Below are positions 52,321 through 63,917 of a stretch of 64,000 nt of DNA, in pieces. How positions within the stretch are numbered: the first letter of the stretch is position 1; every line of letters starts with the position of its first letter. A program made the translations under genes and the position numbers. The notes beneath the pieces were generated by a model, which saw only the letters and a program-made list of their open reading frames with translations, did not search any database and had not been told where the DNA came from. Origin of the DNA: Malacoraja senta (Eukaryota); NCBI GenBank assembly GCA_038087875.1, contig CM075988.1:14448001-14512000 (forward strand). The letters run 5' to 3'.

Positions 52321-54509
52321 GAAGCAATTTAGAATGGCCAATTAGCTGACCAGTACTTTTCTTTGAAATATTGTAGGGGACTGCAGCACACACAGTGAAG
52401 ACCCATGCAGTCACTGTGGAAAATGTGCAAACCACACGCAACCAGCAATGAGGTCAGGATTAAACCCACTCTACCACCAAAGGTCAGTAATTAAACTGTT
52501 GCTCGTTTGGCATTGTATATCCCCTTTCCATTAACCAGACTGACTCCCAATAACTGGCATTAAACTGATGTGACAGATGCAAACATGCTCCCCTTCCAGG
52601 TATTCGATGCAATACTCAACTACATTTCCCCACTTCCCACACACAGATCACACTGTCCCCAGTAAATGAAACTGTGCTGGAAATCTGAAATAATAAAATG
52701 CTGGAAACATTCAGCGGGTCAAACTGTATAATGGAAAGAGAAAAGAAAAACAGTTAATTTTCAAGTGATAGGCTTTTCATCAGAACTGGGAAAATGAGAA
52801 GTTAGATTTAAGTTGCAGAAATGGTTGGAGGGAAAGATAGGACAAAGGGAATCTCCCAACTATGGCAAGATCAAGGGTGCTCATGTGATTTTATTGTTTA
52901 CAGGGTTATCTAGTTAATGGGGGTCTATAACAGAGAAGCAAATAACGCTTCACAACAAAGTTGTGAAATGCAGGTCAGAGCTGTTGCTGGAACTCTAAAA
53001 CAAAGCATGAATGCTGCAAATGCCCAATAAATTAGATAATTATGACAGAGAAAGAAAAAACATAAAAAATTATAAATGGGTAATCCTACAGGAGAGCTAG
53101 CCAGTTTCAACAAAGAAGAAAATCATATTCAGGTAACGTGGGAAGGAATAACTTTATACATGCAAAAATAAAAACATTATTCAAACAACAAACAGTTCAA
53201 ATTTAAATCAGCCGAATGCACTTCCCAAATGGATTAAATACTTAGTGCATTGACATTGTTTTATCAAGTAATATCGGCTACCAAAAAAGTGGGACATGGA
53301 GAAAGTGATGTCCTTCTGTTACCTGCAGTTTGCTTCATGTTTGGTGTTGTGATGTGTCTATGTTATTGGCAGATACATTAGGGAATGCAAGGTCAGAGAA
53401 ATGTGGTGCTGCTGAGTGGAGCTGGTCCAAAACAAAGGCCGTAAACCTCGTATGGTTCAGAGTCATGTCCCCTTACATAATAATCTTAAATATCTTGGAA
53501 GATAACATTCACTTCCTTCAACCTTACAGAGCCTGGTTGAAATCTTTCATAAATGTTTAAACAGGCTCTGAACATAGTTGAAAGTTAAAAGATTTTTGAA
53601 GGGAGCACATTAAAAGTGCAACATATTTTCAACGTTTCACCGTTCATATCTTCACTTTGTATGTTAAGAGTATCTTACCAGAACACTGAGGGCAGGATGA
53701 AATTAGAATGTAGAATAGTAAATTTGTAAGATTATGAGGCCATCTCTGTCCTTTGCAGTAACCAGAGATGGGGCTTGTTAATTCAGAACTTACCAGGTTG
53801 CCCCAATTAACTTTGTCACTCCATTGCATTCCAACTGCTATCACCCGATTACAACCCAACAAAGATAGAATGCTTTCTCAATGTGCAACTGATTTATATT
53901 GGTAACATTATGCCATGCATTATCCTAATTCTGTCACATTTGTTAACATTATACTTCAGAGGTGCAGTGAATGATCCCCAGAACTATTTCAAATGGCTTA
54001 CAGTCCAAATGTGACCACTCAGTGAATGGGCAAAAAGCTCAAAATACTAGGGACTTGAATCCTTAATGAACAACGAGAGGCCTCATGGCATCGTTAAACA
54101 TAAGATCCATGATCATCACTTAGTGTCCTCCCTCAGCAGACGTTCCTCAGTGTAAAACAGTGCTTGTTTACAATTTTCACCAAAGCCAATTAACTTACGA
54201 ACCTGTACATGTTTGGAGTGGGGAAGGAAACTGGAGCACCCGTAGAAAGTCCACATGGTCGCAGGAAGAATGTACAAACTCCGTGCAGCCAGCACCCGTA
54301 GTGAGGATAGAACCTGGGTCTCTGGCGTTGCAAAGCAGCAACTCTACTGCTGCACCACCTTACTGCCCTCTTCGCCCAGCACATCCCTCATTCTACCATT
54401 ACAGTCAAGCCATGGGATCAACCCTCATTCACTGGGTGGTTCCGAAGGGCATGACAGGAGGCATGCTTGGAAACAAGAAGGTACCAGCCGAGTGAAGCTG
54501 CAGTACTGC

Positions 54510-54785
54510 TAGGAGAATGATTTAAAGGGAACCTGAGAGGCAGCTTAAAAAAAAAAATTATAACACAAAGGGTGGTAGGTGTATGGAAGAAGCTGCCAGA
54601 GGATATAATGGAGGCAGGTACTATCACAATGTTTAAGAAACATTTAGACAGGATAGGACAGGTTTAGAGTGATATGGGTGTACCACAGACACGTGGGACG
54701 AGTGTAGATGAACCATGATGGTTGGCATGGGCAGGTTGGGCTGAAGGGCCCGTTTCCATGCAGTATGACTCAATGAATCTACTGG
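54510..54785 (+). mobile_element. CR1-type LINE 3' end
   Basis: acacaaagggtggtaggtgtatggaagaagctgccagagg...gaagggcccgtttccatgcagtatgactc. Confidence 0.85.
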
Positions 54786-55099
54786 ACTACATGTTGCAAA
54801 AGTAAAAATGGCATGGAATTGAGAGAGGAGCAATCACACAAATAATGGATGAGAGCAAAGTCCGAACTCCAACTGCATCTAGTGGAAGTAGAAAACTAAA
54901 CAGCCAATGGAGGCAGTTCCAAAAATAATGCCACCCCCAAGAATGACAGGGACCAAGGAAAAAGGTGGATACGTTGACAACCAGGCTCAGCCAGACGTGC
55001 TGCACAGATGGTCATCTTGGCTTCCTCTCAAGATCCACACAGTCACAGGTTCTCTCTCCAGTCAATTCAATTCATTCCAGGTGGTGTCACGAAATGGCT

Positions 55100-55395
55100 G
55101 AGAGGACTGGGACCAGACAGCATCCCAGCTGTAGGACTGAAGACCTGCAGAACTACCTATGCCTCTAGCTGAGCTGTTCCAGAGCAGCTACAGCACTGGT
55201 ATCGACCTGACTATGAGGAGAATCACACAGGTATGTCCTGTTCTAAAAAAAAGCAGGACAAATTCAGTCCAGCTTTTCACCACCCGATCAGCCTCCTCTC
55301 AGTCATCAGCGGATGATGGAAATAGTCAACAACAGTGCTCTCAAGTTGCACCTACTCACCGGTAATATGTTCACCAATGCCCAGTTTAGGTTTTG
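55100..55395 (+). mobile_element. Older CR1/L2-group LINE RT N-terminal relic (related pieces at ~21990-22350 (-), 22690-22935 (+), 55650-55760 (+))
   Basis: GPDSIPAVGLKT...MPLAELFQSSYSTGI...QVCPVLKK...PISLLSVIS. Confidence 0.7.
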
Positions 55396-55771
55396 GCAGT
55401 ATGTAAAAACAACAAAATGCAGATGCTGGATTACAAAGAAAAGGCACAGTGCTGGATTGACTCAATGGATCAGGTAGCATCTTTGGAGAACTTGGATAGA
55501 CGATGTTTCGGGTTGCGACCCTTCTTCAGTTATTTTATGGTTTTGCCAGGATCACTTGACTCCTTACCTCTTCATAACCTTGATCATTATGTGGACTGCA
55601 GAGAAGCTATATTCTACAGGCGAGGAGAACCAAGACAGCAGGAACATGGAAACTTTAACACGTTCAACTTCAATTCCAAGTCGTACACATCCTTATTTGG
55701 AAACTTATTACCAGTCTTTTGTTGTTGAATCTAAATCCTGAAACTCCCTGTTCTATAGCATCATTGAACAT

Positions 55772-56523
55772 TTAATAATAATAATAATGAATTTTATTTA
55801 CGGGCGCCTTATACCGAGGTCTCAAGGACACCATACAGAGATTTATAGGAAACATATAATCAGAATTAAAAAAATAAGTTATAAAGACCAATACACAAAT
55901 CAGGGACAGAATTCCTTCCAAAAACACAAAAAATAAAATCAGAAGCACAATTTGAGGAGAGAGCAGCGGCAACGAAACCGCGCCAGCGTCCACTCTCCCA
56001 TCCGACCGCCATCTTGAACACAGACGAACAAATACAATTACAAACAATTACATACAAAAATCATCCCCCCACAATGATTTCCACTGTGGGGGAAGGCACA
56101 ATGTCCAGTCCCCAGCCCCAGTTCAACCAAAAAGTCAGGCCAAATGAGGCCCCCGTTATTGCCTCTACGGAGGCCCGATGATCCTGGCCGTTCTCGCCGG
56201 GTGATGTAGCCCCGGCGTCGGGAGAGTCCTCCAGCAGCTGGGCCACCTGGAACGGCCGCATCCCTCACCGGATGCCGCAACTACGGCTGGAACGGCCAAT
56301 TTCCCGCAGGCGTCCGCAGCACCCGACAAGGCCGCGCCGATTTGGAGCCACGAGGCTCCCGATGTTGGAGTCGGCGCCACCGCCCGCGGATGGTCGCTCC
56401 AGTCCCGCAGCCCGGAGGTGTTGAGCTCGACGGTCCAGCTCACCGGAGCTCCAGCGCGTCGGTCCAGCGCGGCGACCCAGGCAAGGCATCGCCCGCTCCG
56501 CTGCACAATAGCGCTCCAGCGCT
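55772..56523 (-). mobile_element. GC-rich non-autonomous retroelement with L2-type tail
   Basis: The minus strand ends ggtgtccttgagacctcggtataaggcgcccgtaaataaaattc(ATT)n, an L2-like stem-loop tail. No credible ORF. Confidence 0.7.
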
Positions 56524-56664
56524 CAGATGGACATTTATAACAATGTCCATCTGAGAATCCTCACTATGAGCGACATCAATGAGTGCAATGCACCCACAGT
56601 GGGGTCAGAAGAGACAGAAACAAATTATTCCTGATAATAATTTTACAGAACCTATCAAGACCAA

Positions 56665-56968
56665 GCGGCACGGTGGTGCAGTGGTCGAGTTGCAGCCTTA
56701 CAGTGCCAGAGAACCAGGCTCGATCCTGACTACGGGTATTGTTTGTACGGAGTTAGTACGTTCTCTCAGTGACCACTTGGGTATTCCCCTGGTGCTCCAG
56801 TTTCCTCCCATACTTCAAAAGACATACAGGTTTGTAGCTAATTGACTTTGGTAAAAACTTGTAAATTGTCCCTAGTGTGTAGGAGAGTGTTAATGTATGG
56901 GGATCACAGGTCGGTGTGGACTCAGTGGGCTGAAGCGCCTGCATCCGTGATGTATCTCAAACTAAAAA
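56665..56968 (+). mobile_element. HE1-type SINE, full length
   Basis: gcggcacggtggtgcagtggtcgagttgcagccttacagtgccagagaaccaggctcgatcc...tgtatctcaaactaaa. Confidence 0.9.
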
Positions 56969-57350
56969 CCAAACGAGCAGCCCCACTAACTTGTTGACTG
57001 ACAGTATTGATAAGACAGACATTACTCCCTTCTAATTTTTAACTACCCTTTAGAACAGTAATGGACTGCAAAATCAGGGACGATTACTCTTAAGTTGTGA
57101 TCTTCAAGTCTTTGCACAGTTGGTTTGTGATGAAATAAAGAATAGTAAGATTAAACGAGAACTTACCAGTTTGAAGTTTGATCTTTATTTTATGAGGAGT
57201 TACGTTGGTGATTACGTGAAGAAGACCCGTCAGGGTGCATGCGCGTCAATCTTCAAAGCAGCGGTATAATTGAAGTAACATATTAAGATGAGAAACATGA
57301 GAACTACCATTATGACCTTTATTCTATGAGAGAGGGTTGGGCGTGGCGGG

Positions 57351-57462
57351 CACGTAATCACCAACGTAACTCCTCATGAAATAAAGATCAAACTTCAAAC
57401 TGGTAAGTTCTCGTTTAATCTTACTATTTTACTTCGGAGTCACGTGAGTGACTACGTGAAGA
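57351..57462. repeat. DIRS internal complementary region (ICR)
   Basis: 57351-57428 is the reverse complement of 57141-57218 (77/78). 57427-57462 is the reverse complement of 61418-61453 (36/36). Together they spell the circle junction. Confidence 0.95.
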
Positions 57463-57703
57463 TTTTAAAGCTCTGTGATTTTTATGCCGCAGATCAAAAT
57501 CCCGGCTTCTCACTGCATCGATTGACTGAGTATCATCAATAATGCTGTAAACATGACATTGCATATCATGCAAAAACAAAACAGTTTTATTTTTGGTCAT
57601 AAAACAACCAATAAACCCTCTTAATGTAGGGCAACAAACGAAACAGAATGAAACAGTATTGAAAAACAGACTTTAAACAATAGCAACAGCACTCAATATT
57701 GAG

Positions 57704-58689
57704 TTAGCAAACAGCCCTCCATCGGCAATCGGCCGATGGTAGTATTGCTGAAAACACAAGTTCATTTTTCCAACCTGCGGCTTTTAATATATGGTCGATG
57801 GGAACGTCCATCGCCCTGGCCGCGGATGTTGCTACTGCGCTAGTGGAATGCGATGTAAACACATAAATGTTAATTCCTGCCTGAACCAACTCTTGCTTTA
57901 ACCACCTTGAGATAGTCTGAACTGCCACTCTTTTATGTTGGTTTTTTGTAACTGACAAATAATCCTGTTTCTTCTTGTCTTAAAGCCCTTGTGGCTTCAA
58001 TGTAATGTAACAAATGTGTCCTTACACATAAACATGGAGCTGTAGGATATGCTGAGAACACAATCTTAAAACCTGTCTCACCTGGCCTGCTTTGTTTGAG
58101 CAGGTCAGAAATATAAAACAGAACATTCTCTGTATTCACTTCCATTCTCTCGAACTGAAGTTTTTTGGAAAATCTGCACTCTCTGTACTGACACCAATGC
58201 CATTAGCATAGCCAATTTCATGGTTAATTTTAACAAAGTTATAGCCGTGACAGGGACCCAATGACGAAGTATGTTACAAACAACACTTACCTCGCAGATT
58301 ACCATATACCTAGGCTTAGGCGGTTTGGAATTAGATTATTTTCATCAACCTAGATATGAGAGGGTGAGAACCTATACTTTGTGTCCGTGTACCTATTACA
58401 AAATATGCGGACAAACCACTTCTAGCTGTATTGATAGCAGTATAGCTAAGACCTTCATCATAATAAAGTGTAGATAACTCTAACACATTTTCAATAATTA
58501 CAGTATCATATTGAATATTCTTTTGAACACAATATTGTTCCTTTTTTTTTCTTTTTTTTTTCCCTTTTTTTTTTTTTCCCCATAAGTCATATACTGTTTT
58601 TGAGTACTCTTTCTCCAGACTGCAGCGAGTATATACACCGTTGGCCTAGAAAGTCCTCGACCAATGTAAGGCATTCTTGAAACCTGCAA
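57704..58689 (-). pseudogene. DIRS tyrosine recombinase relic (frameshifted)
   Basis: Fragments ILAAVWRKSTQKQY, LTMKLAMLMALVSVQRVQ, LLKQSRPG...LCVRTHLLHYIEATRALR...LFVSYKKP and TISRWLK...FTSHSTSAVATSAA...ILKAAGW. The HSTR motif reads HSTS, the C-terminal FQQYYHRPI is in a shifted frame, and there is a poly-T expansion near 58540-58576. Confidence 0.9.
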
Positions 58690-58800
58690 ACTAACAGATC
58701 CATACCGTCACATAACGGATGAACTTAATGCGTTACTGGATGCTCCAGCAAATTCCTACTGTTTGGAATCAGCAAAAAAAGGTTGGATCGCTATCTGTAA

Positions 58801-58980
58801 CATCAAAGGGAACCATGGTTGAATGAGGCAATTTGGTATCACCAAAACACCTGAAGCGGCATCCTGCTTGATTTTCTCAAACACCGACCTATGAGGCAGA
58901 ATGGTGGGAAAATATACACAAACATATCATCCCAATTTAGTGAAAAAGCATCAATTGCCACTGCCCCTGGATCTGGTGCC
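58801..58980 (-). pseudogene. DIRS DNA methyltransferase-like (Dam-like) domain relic
   Basis: Hand translation gives APDPGAVAIDAFSLNWDDMFVYIFPPFCLIGR, then after a frameshift KIKQDAASGVLVIPNCLIQPWFPLM. This matches the DAF..W...Y.FPP...P.W..QPWFP pattern of DIRS methyltransferase domains. Confidence 0.8.
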
Positions 58981-58999
58981 TATGAAACATATTTTGGCC

Positions 59000-60231
59000 T
59001 TCCATATAGAAGTACTATGTTCTTGAACACATCCTGGTTCCACATCCACTCTGTGTTATGATGGAATTTTCGTGAACTGCCATCTGGTACTACATTAAGT
59101 TTCCCTGGCAGATAGATAGCTCCAATCCAAATCTCTCTATCCCTACTCCAGGTCCAATTGTATTTGCCAACCTGTCACATGATAACGATTTGATTCCACC
59201 CATGTGATTCATATCAGCAACTGCTGCAGTGTTGTCTATTTTGCACTGCACATGCAAACTAGTTTAGTTAGTGCCATAAGCCTTGAGTCCATAAAATACT
59301 CTTGGTTAATTCCCCATGTATGCAGAAGCAATGTTCATCTGTCTCCACCGCTGGATCTTGTATCAGTAGCACCCTACCCAAGTGCTCTGACATCTGTCTG
59401 CAAATCATGGAAGCTTGGTCCAATAACACTTTGGAACTACTAGTGGACACATGCTGAATCCACCATTGTACATCAGCAACAGCCTCTTTTGATAGAAGCA
59501 TAGGTCTATTATAATGACCCCAATGTATCCTCAATGCTTGTTCCTTTGACCTTTGTAATTGTAGATAATAAAGTGGCCATATTGAACTGCTGGAAATGCT
59601 GCCAGCCATTACCACAGCAGTCTTGTCACCTGGCTAATTGAAGGCTGTTAGCAATTAACTTGATATAGCTCTTAATTAGCTGTACCCTTTTTTGCCTGGG
59701 CAAGGTCACAATGATGTTGATTAAGTCCATTGTGAACCCAACTAGTCAATTTATGTCACAGGTATAAATTTAGATTCCTCAGAATAGCTTATAAAGCCCA
59801 ATTAACATTGGTTTTTACCAACTGCCACTGATGCTTCAGCTGTTTCCTTTGATTGTCCTACAATCAAGATATTATTTAGCTAAACCATGAGCACATGACC
59901 TTGACTTGGCATAATTCCCCATCCAGCTGAATTTTAAATCTTGTATCCTGCAAATGAACAGACACTGAATCCGCATCTTTAAGATCTCCTTCACAAACGT
60001 TTCCATCTTAAAATGTCTATACCGTACAAAAGGGTTAAACCTATTCAGGTCTGTATAATTCTGCATCCCCCCATCCTTTTTTGGTCTGGGAAAGATAGTG
60101 GACACAAACTGATGGGTTTGGTAAACTGCCTTAGCAATTACACCTTTATTACATAAGCTTGCAAGTTCCAGCTGAACTTCCAATTGTTCAGTGATACTGA
60201 AGTCAAACTCCTTTTTTGGAACATGTTGCAT
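59000..60231 (-). pseudogene. DIRS reverse transcriptase / RNase H relic
   Basis: FVSTIFPRPKKDGG...DLNRFNPFVRYRHFKMET; DLKDA in a shifted frame; YxDD reads stop-LNN at 59871-59882; RNase H end WIGAIYLPGKLNVVPDGSSRKF...EW. Confidence 0.9.
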
Positions 60232-60249
60232 GGGTAAATCAGAATTTGC

Positions 60250-61270
60250 ATTTAAGCTTTATTCGATGCCCTTGAATAACCTTCAGTATAAACATATCTG
60301 AGGTAAACATTTAATTGTATCACATTAGATCTGTCTACATGAGAACCAGACCCTCTTACCTCCTTACCACCTGGCATTCTTCCCCGGCCTTGAGCTGGAT
60401 ATCTCACCTCCGTGGCGGTGCTACAGCCGAACGCCAACTGCGCTGCATCGTAGCTGGACTCGTCCCTTGCCCGGACCAGTCTACTCCCTTATAGGGATAC
60501 TTCCGCTTTGGTGAATATGTGGCTGCCGTCTTAGCCTCCTCCTCCAGCTCCTTCACCTGCTGTGCGAAATCCTCGCCAAACAGCTGTGCCAGTTGCACTG
60601 TGCCAGGCTGGCATTTATGCTGGTGGCAAGTTCCTCACCCAGAGGCTCACCAGCATCCGACGACATGGCAAATCGTGCTACACACGGTGTCAGCTCTAAC
60701 AGCTGCCTGCCCTCCCTTTGGAAGTCGTCGGACTCAGGGTCAGAGCGTATCTGCCCTTCTGCACTCACCTCTTGCAAAGAGGGTGCTTTCAAGCAGGCCT
60801 CTACTAGGCACTGCCAGCGGAGCCGTCCCCACGGCCTCCCGCCTGCACAACTCCTCCTGGAGTTGTGGCTTTATGAGGCAGACCTCTCCTAGGCACTGCC
60901 AGTGGAGCCTTCTCTGTGGCTTCCCACCTGCACTACTCCTCCTGGAGCGTCTCTGTGGAGCAGCCCCTGTATGAGCTGCTCCTTTTGGATAACCGCTGGG
61001 GAACGGTATCCTGTCCCCGACGGGACTCTCGTGGCCCGACTCTGCGGAGTCTATAGCCGTTAACTTATGCCGACCGCCCGACTGGCGTTGGCTGTGTACC
61101 CGGCTGGGCACTTTCCGAAGTCTGTCGCCGCACCGCTACCGGCTTGCGACTCCCCCGAGGTGACAGGCTGCCTTTCAGAGACTGCGTCCCGCAGCTCTCT
61201 CTCTCCTTGTCGGCAGCAGCCTGCACCTTTCCCTTGTTCCTGCATATGGGGGCAAAAACAGACAGAAACA
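60250..61270 (-). pseudogene. DIRS gag-like ORF1 relic
   Basis: Position upstream of RT inside the element; LFGEDFAQQVKELEEEAK resembles the LFG motif of DIRS ORF1; multiple frameshifts. Confidence 0.55.
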
Positions 61271-62263
61271 ATTTCTATACTTTCTTATAACTCCTCCAAA
61301 GTCTCCCCGACTTTGGTGGAGTTGTATTTACTCACGTTGCAGCAGGACGTCCGTGCTCCTGCTGCCGTTCGCACCAATGCGTCCGACGTAATGACGCGCA
61401 TGCGCCCTGACGGGTCTTCTTCACGTAGTCACTCACGTGACTCCGAAGTAAAATCCTCAGTTAAAGCTCCAATTCAAAAATATCAAACAACTGCTGAGCT
61501 TCACAAAAGGGAAAATTCACTTCCCTCAACCTTACAGAGCTGGTGTTCAAATACTTTATAAATGTTTAATCACGCTCCTAACGCAAAGCTTTGTAGTGTG
61601 CCCCAGTAGTGCATTTCATACTGCCTGCTAACAGAATAAGGAAACAGAACACGAGTTATTCTTAACGATAAACAAGAAAGACAAACATCAAAGCTTTACT
61701 TTGCCAGCACCAAAGATGTACACATCCTGACTAGAATTCCCACATCCATCGATTCTTATTGACCTGAAATGTGTTGCAATTTAGCACATTAAATTTTCAT
61801 TTGCAGCAAGGATTTGTGAATCCATCTCGGGGATTACCTCCATTCGACCATTTCTAACTTTTCTTATTTTATTAATACTGAACAGTTCACATGTATTCAC
61901 AGAATTTATAATCACAATTTCAGCAGAATGCCAGTCAATTTGCTGGAAGTGCATTCAGCGAAGGAGAGGTTATGGTGTTTTTAATAGCCAAGAACCCTTG
62001 GAGCAAACAAAACCACAGACAGAATTTTAAAGCATGGATGCTCTGGAGTGGGCGAGAGCATGCGAGAAACCTGGAAGTGCAATGCGTATGTCAGTGGCAT
62101 TTTAACTCGGAGCCTCCATTATTATTTAAACTTCTCCTTTCCGGTCCAATTGGTGCCAGCGGGGATGATGATAACACACCCGCCATGAATTCTTCTAATA
62201 CCAAAATAAAATGTCTAGACGCAAAAGCTGCCTTGGAACCATGGCCATTTGCTCTGGAGTGGA

Positions 62264-63156
62264 AGCAAGGAACTGCAGGTGCCGGTTTATAATTAAAATA
62301 AGACACAAAGTGCTGGAGTAACTCAGCAGGTCCAGCAGCATGTCTGGAAAACATGGATAGGTGAGGTTTCGAGTCGTCTCCCTTCTTCAGACTGATTGTG
62401 GGGTTGGGTGGGAAGAAACCTGGAAGAGAGGAGAGACAGGACAAAGCCTTGCAAGTAATAGGTGGATACAGGAGAGGGAGGTTTTTGATAGGCAGTGGGT
62501 TGGACAGAAGCCAGAGATGAAAAGACAAAGTGTTCCCAATGTGGCCTTCTGCACATTGACGAGACCAAGCATAGACTCTGCAACTATTTTGCCAAACACT
62601 AGTGCTCAGTCTGCCAAGGCTTACTGGATCTCTCAGTTACAAACCATTTTAACTTTTCTTCCCATTCCCATACTGACATTTCTGTCCTGGGCTTCCTCCA
62701 ATGTCAGAGTGCGGACAGCACGCAAACTGGAGACAACTGATATTCCACTTGGGTAGCTTACAACCAAATGGTACGAACAATTCACTCTCTTCTACCTACC
62801 CTCTCTTTTCTTTACCCCCTTCCCTCCCCCCCCGTGCCCCCCACCTGGATTTGCACACACTTCACCCTCCTCCACCTTCTCCCCTTCCATTCCTTCCTCT
62901 AGGTTCACAATTTGCAACTTTTGTCTCACATCTTCTCTTTCATCTCTGGCCTTTGTTCAACCATCTGCCCGTCAAAACCAACCCTCAGCTGTATCCCCCT
63001 ATTAATTGCCAGGCTTTGTTCTGCCCCATCTCCTCTCTTCCAGCTTTCTCCCCCTCTCCTGCCACCATAATCAGTGTGAAGAAGGGTCCCGACCCAAAAC
63101 ATCACCTATCCATGTTCTCCAGGGATGCTGCCTGACCTGCCGAGTTAGTTTGTATC
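62264..63156 (+). mobile_element. 5'-truncated Penelope-like element: inverted terminal repeat + GIY-YIG endonuclease relic + terminal repeat
   Basis: 62540-62780 translates to CGLLHIDETKHRL...H*...NHFNFSSHSHTDISVLG...LIFHLGSLQPNG. It is flanked by opposite-orientation copies of the hammerhead-bearing repeat. Probable 15-bp TSD at 62249-62263 and 63157-63171 (13/15). Confidence 0.9.
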
Positions 63157-63377
63157 TTGCTTTGCAGTGGAGATTGGGCAATGACACTGAAGTGTGAAGT
63201 GGCCTTTGACAGTGTGCTGTGGAGACTCCAGAGGGAGATAAGGGAAACAAAAACGAGTGCCCAAGACGAGAGAGTGTTGGAGATCCACGTCACGGCCGCA
63301 GTGTCACATCCAGGATCAATGAGCCAAGTAGTGCAGGAAAGAAGACAGCAATAGCACAACTGATTTATTCCAAGATT

Positions 63378-63917
63378 GACAGAAAATGCTGGAGTAACTC
63401 AGCGGTTACAGGCAGCATCTCTGGAGAGCAGGAATGGGTAACGTTTCGGGTTGAGACCCTTCTTCAGAATGATGTCAGGGGAGAGGGAGATACATAGATA
63501 AGTAAGTGTGAGATATGAAACCAGGAGAAAGGGGATGGAGATCAAGGAAAATGTAGAATAGATCATTGTTAGCTGGGAGAAGGTAACACCAAAACAAACA
63601 GAGATAAAATGTACTTGGAGACAATAAGACTGGTCGGAGATCTGGGAAGGGGGAGGGATGGAGGTGGAAAGCAAGGGTTACTTGCAGTTGGAGAAGTCAA
63701 TGTTCATACCGCTGGGGTGTAAGCTGCCCAAGCAAAATATGAGGTGCTGTTTCTCCAATTTGCGCTGGGCCTCACTCCGATAAAGGATGAGGCCTGGGAC
63801 AGAAGGTCAATGTGGGAATGGGAAGGGGAGTTAAAGTATTTAGCAACCGAGAGATCAGGTAGGTTTATGCGGATTGAGCAGAGGTGTTCAGAGAAATGAT
63901 CGCCGAGCCTGCGCTTG
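63378..63917 (-). mobile_element. Penelope-like element 3' portion (GIY-YIG C-terminus + terminal repeat with hammerhead core)
   Basis: KRRLGDHFSEHLCSIRINLPDLSVAKYFNSPSHSH, then the terminal repeat with CTGAAGAAGGGTCTCAACCCGAAACGTT on the minus strand. Confidence 0.9.
63440..63467 (-). ncRNA. Minimal hammerhead ribozyme core within Penelope repeat (activity unknown)
   Basis: CUGAAGA, stem II GGGU/ACCC, GAAA, CGUU (NUH = GUU; palindromic AACGUU in place of stem III). Stem I pairing is weak. Confidence 0.55.

Larger units (their letters stand above)
57141..61454 (-). mobile_element. DIRS1-like tyrosine-recombinase retrotransposon, full length, ORFs decayed
   Basis: ITRs 57213-57248 and 61392-61427 (35/36 match). 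Internal complementary region 57351-57462 matches both outer ends. Relics of gag, RT, RNase H, methyltransferase and tyrosine recombinase lie in canonical DIRS order on the minus strand. Confidence 0.95.
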
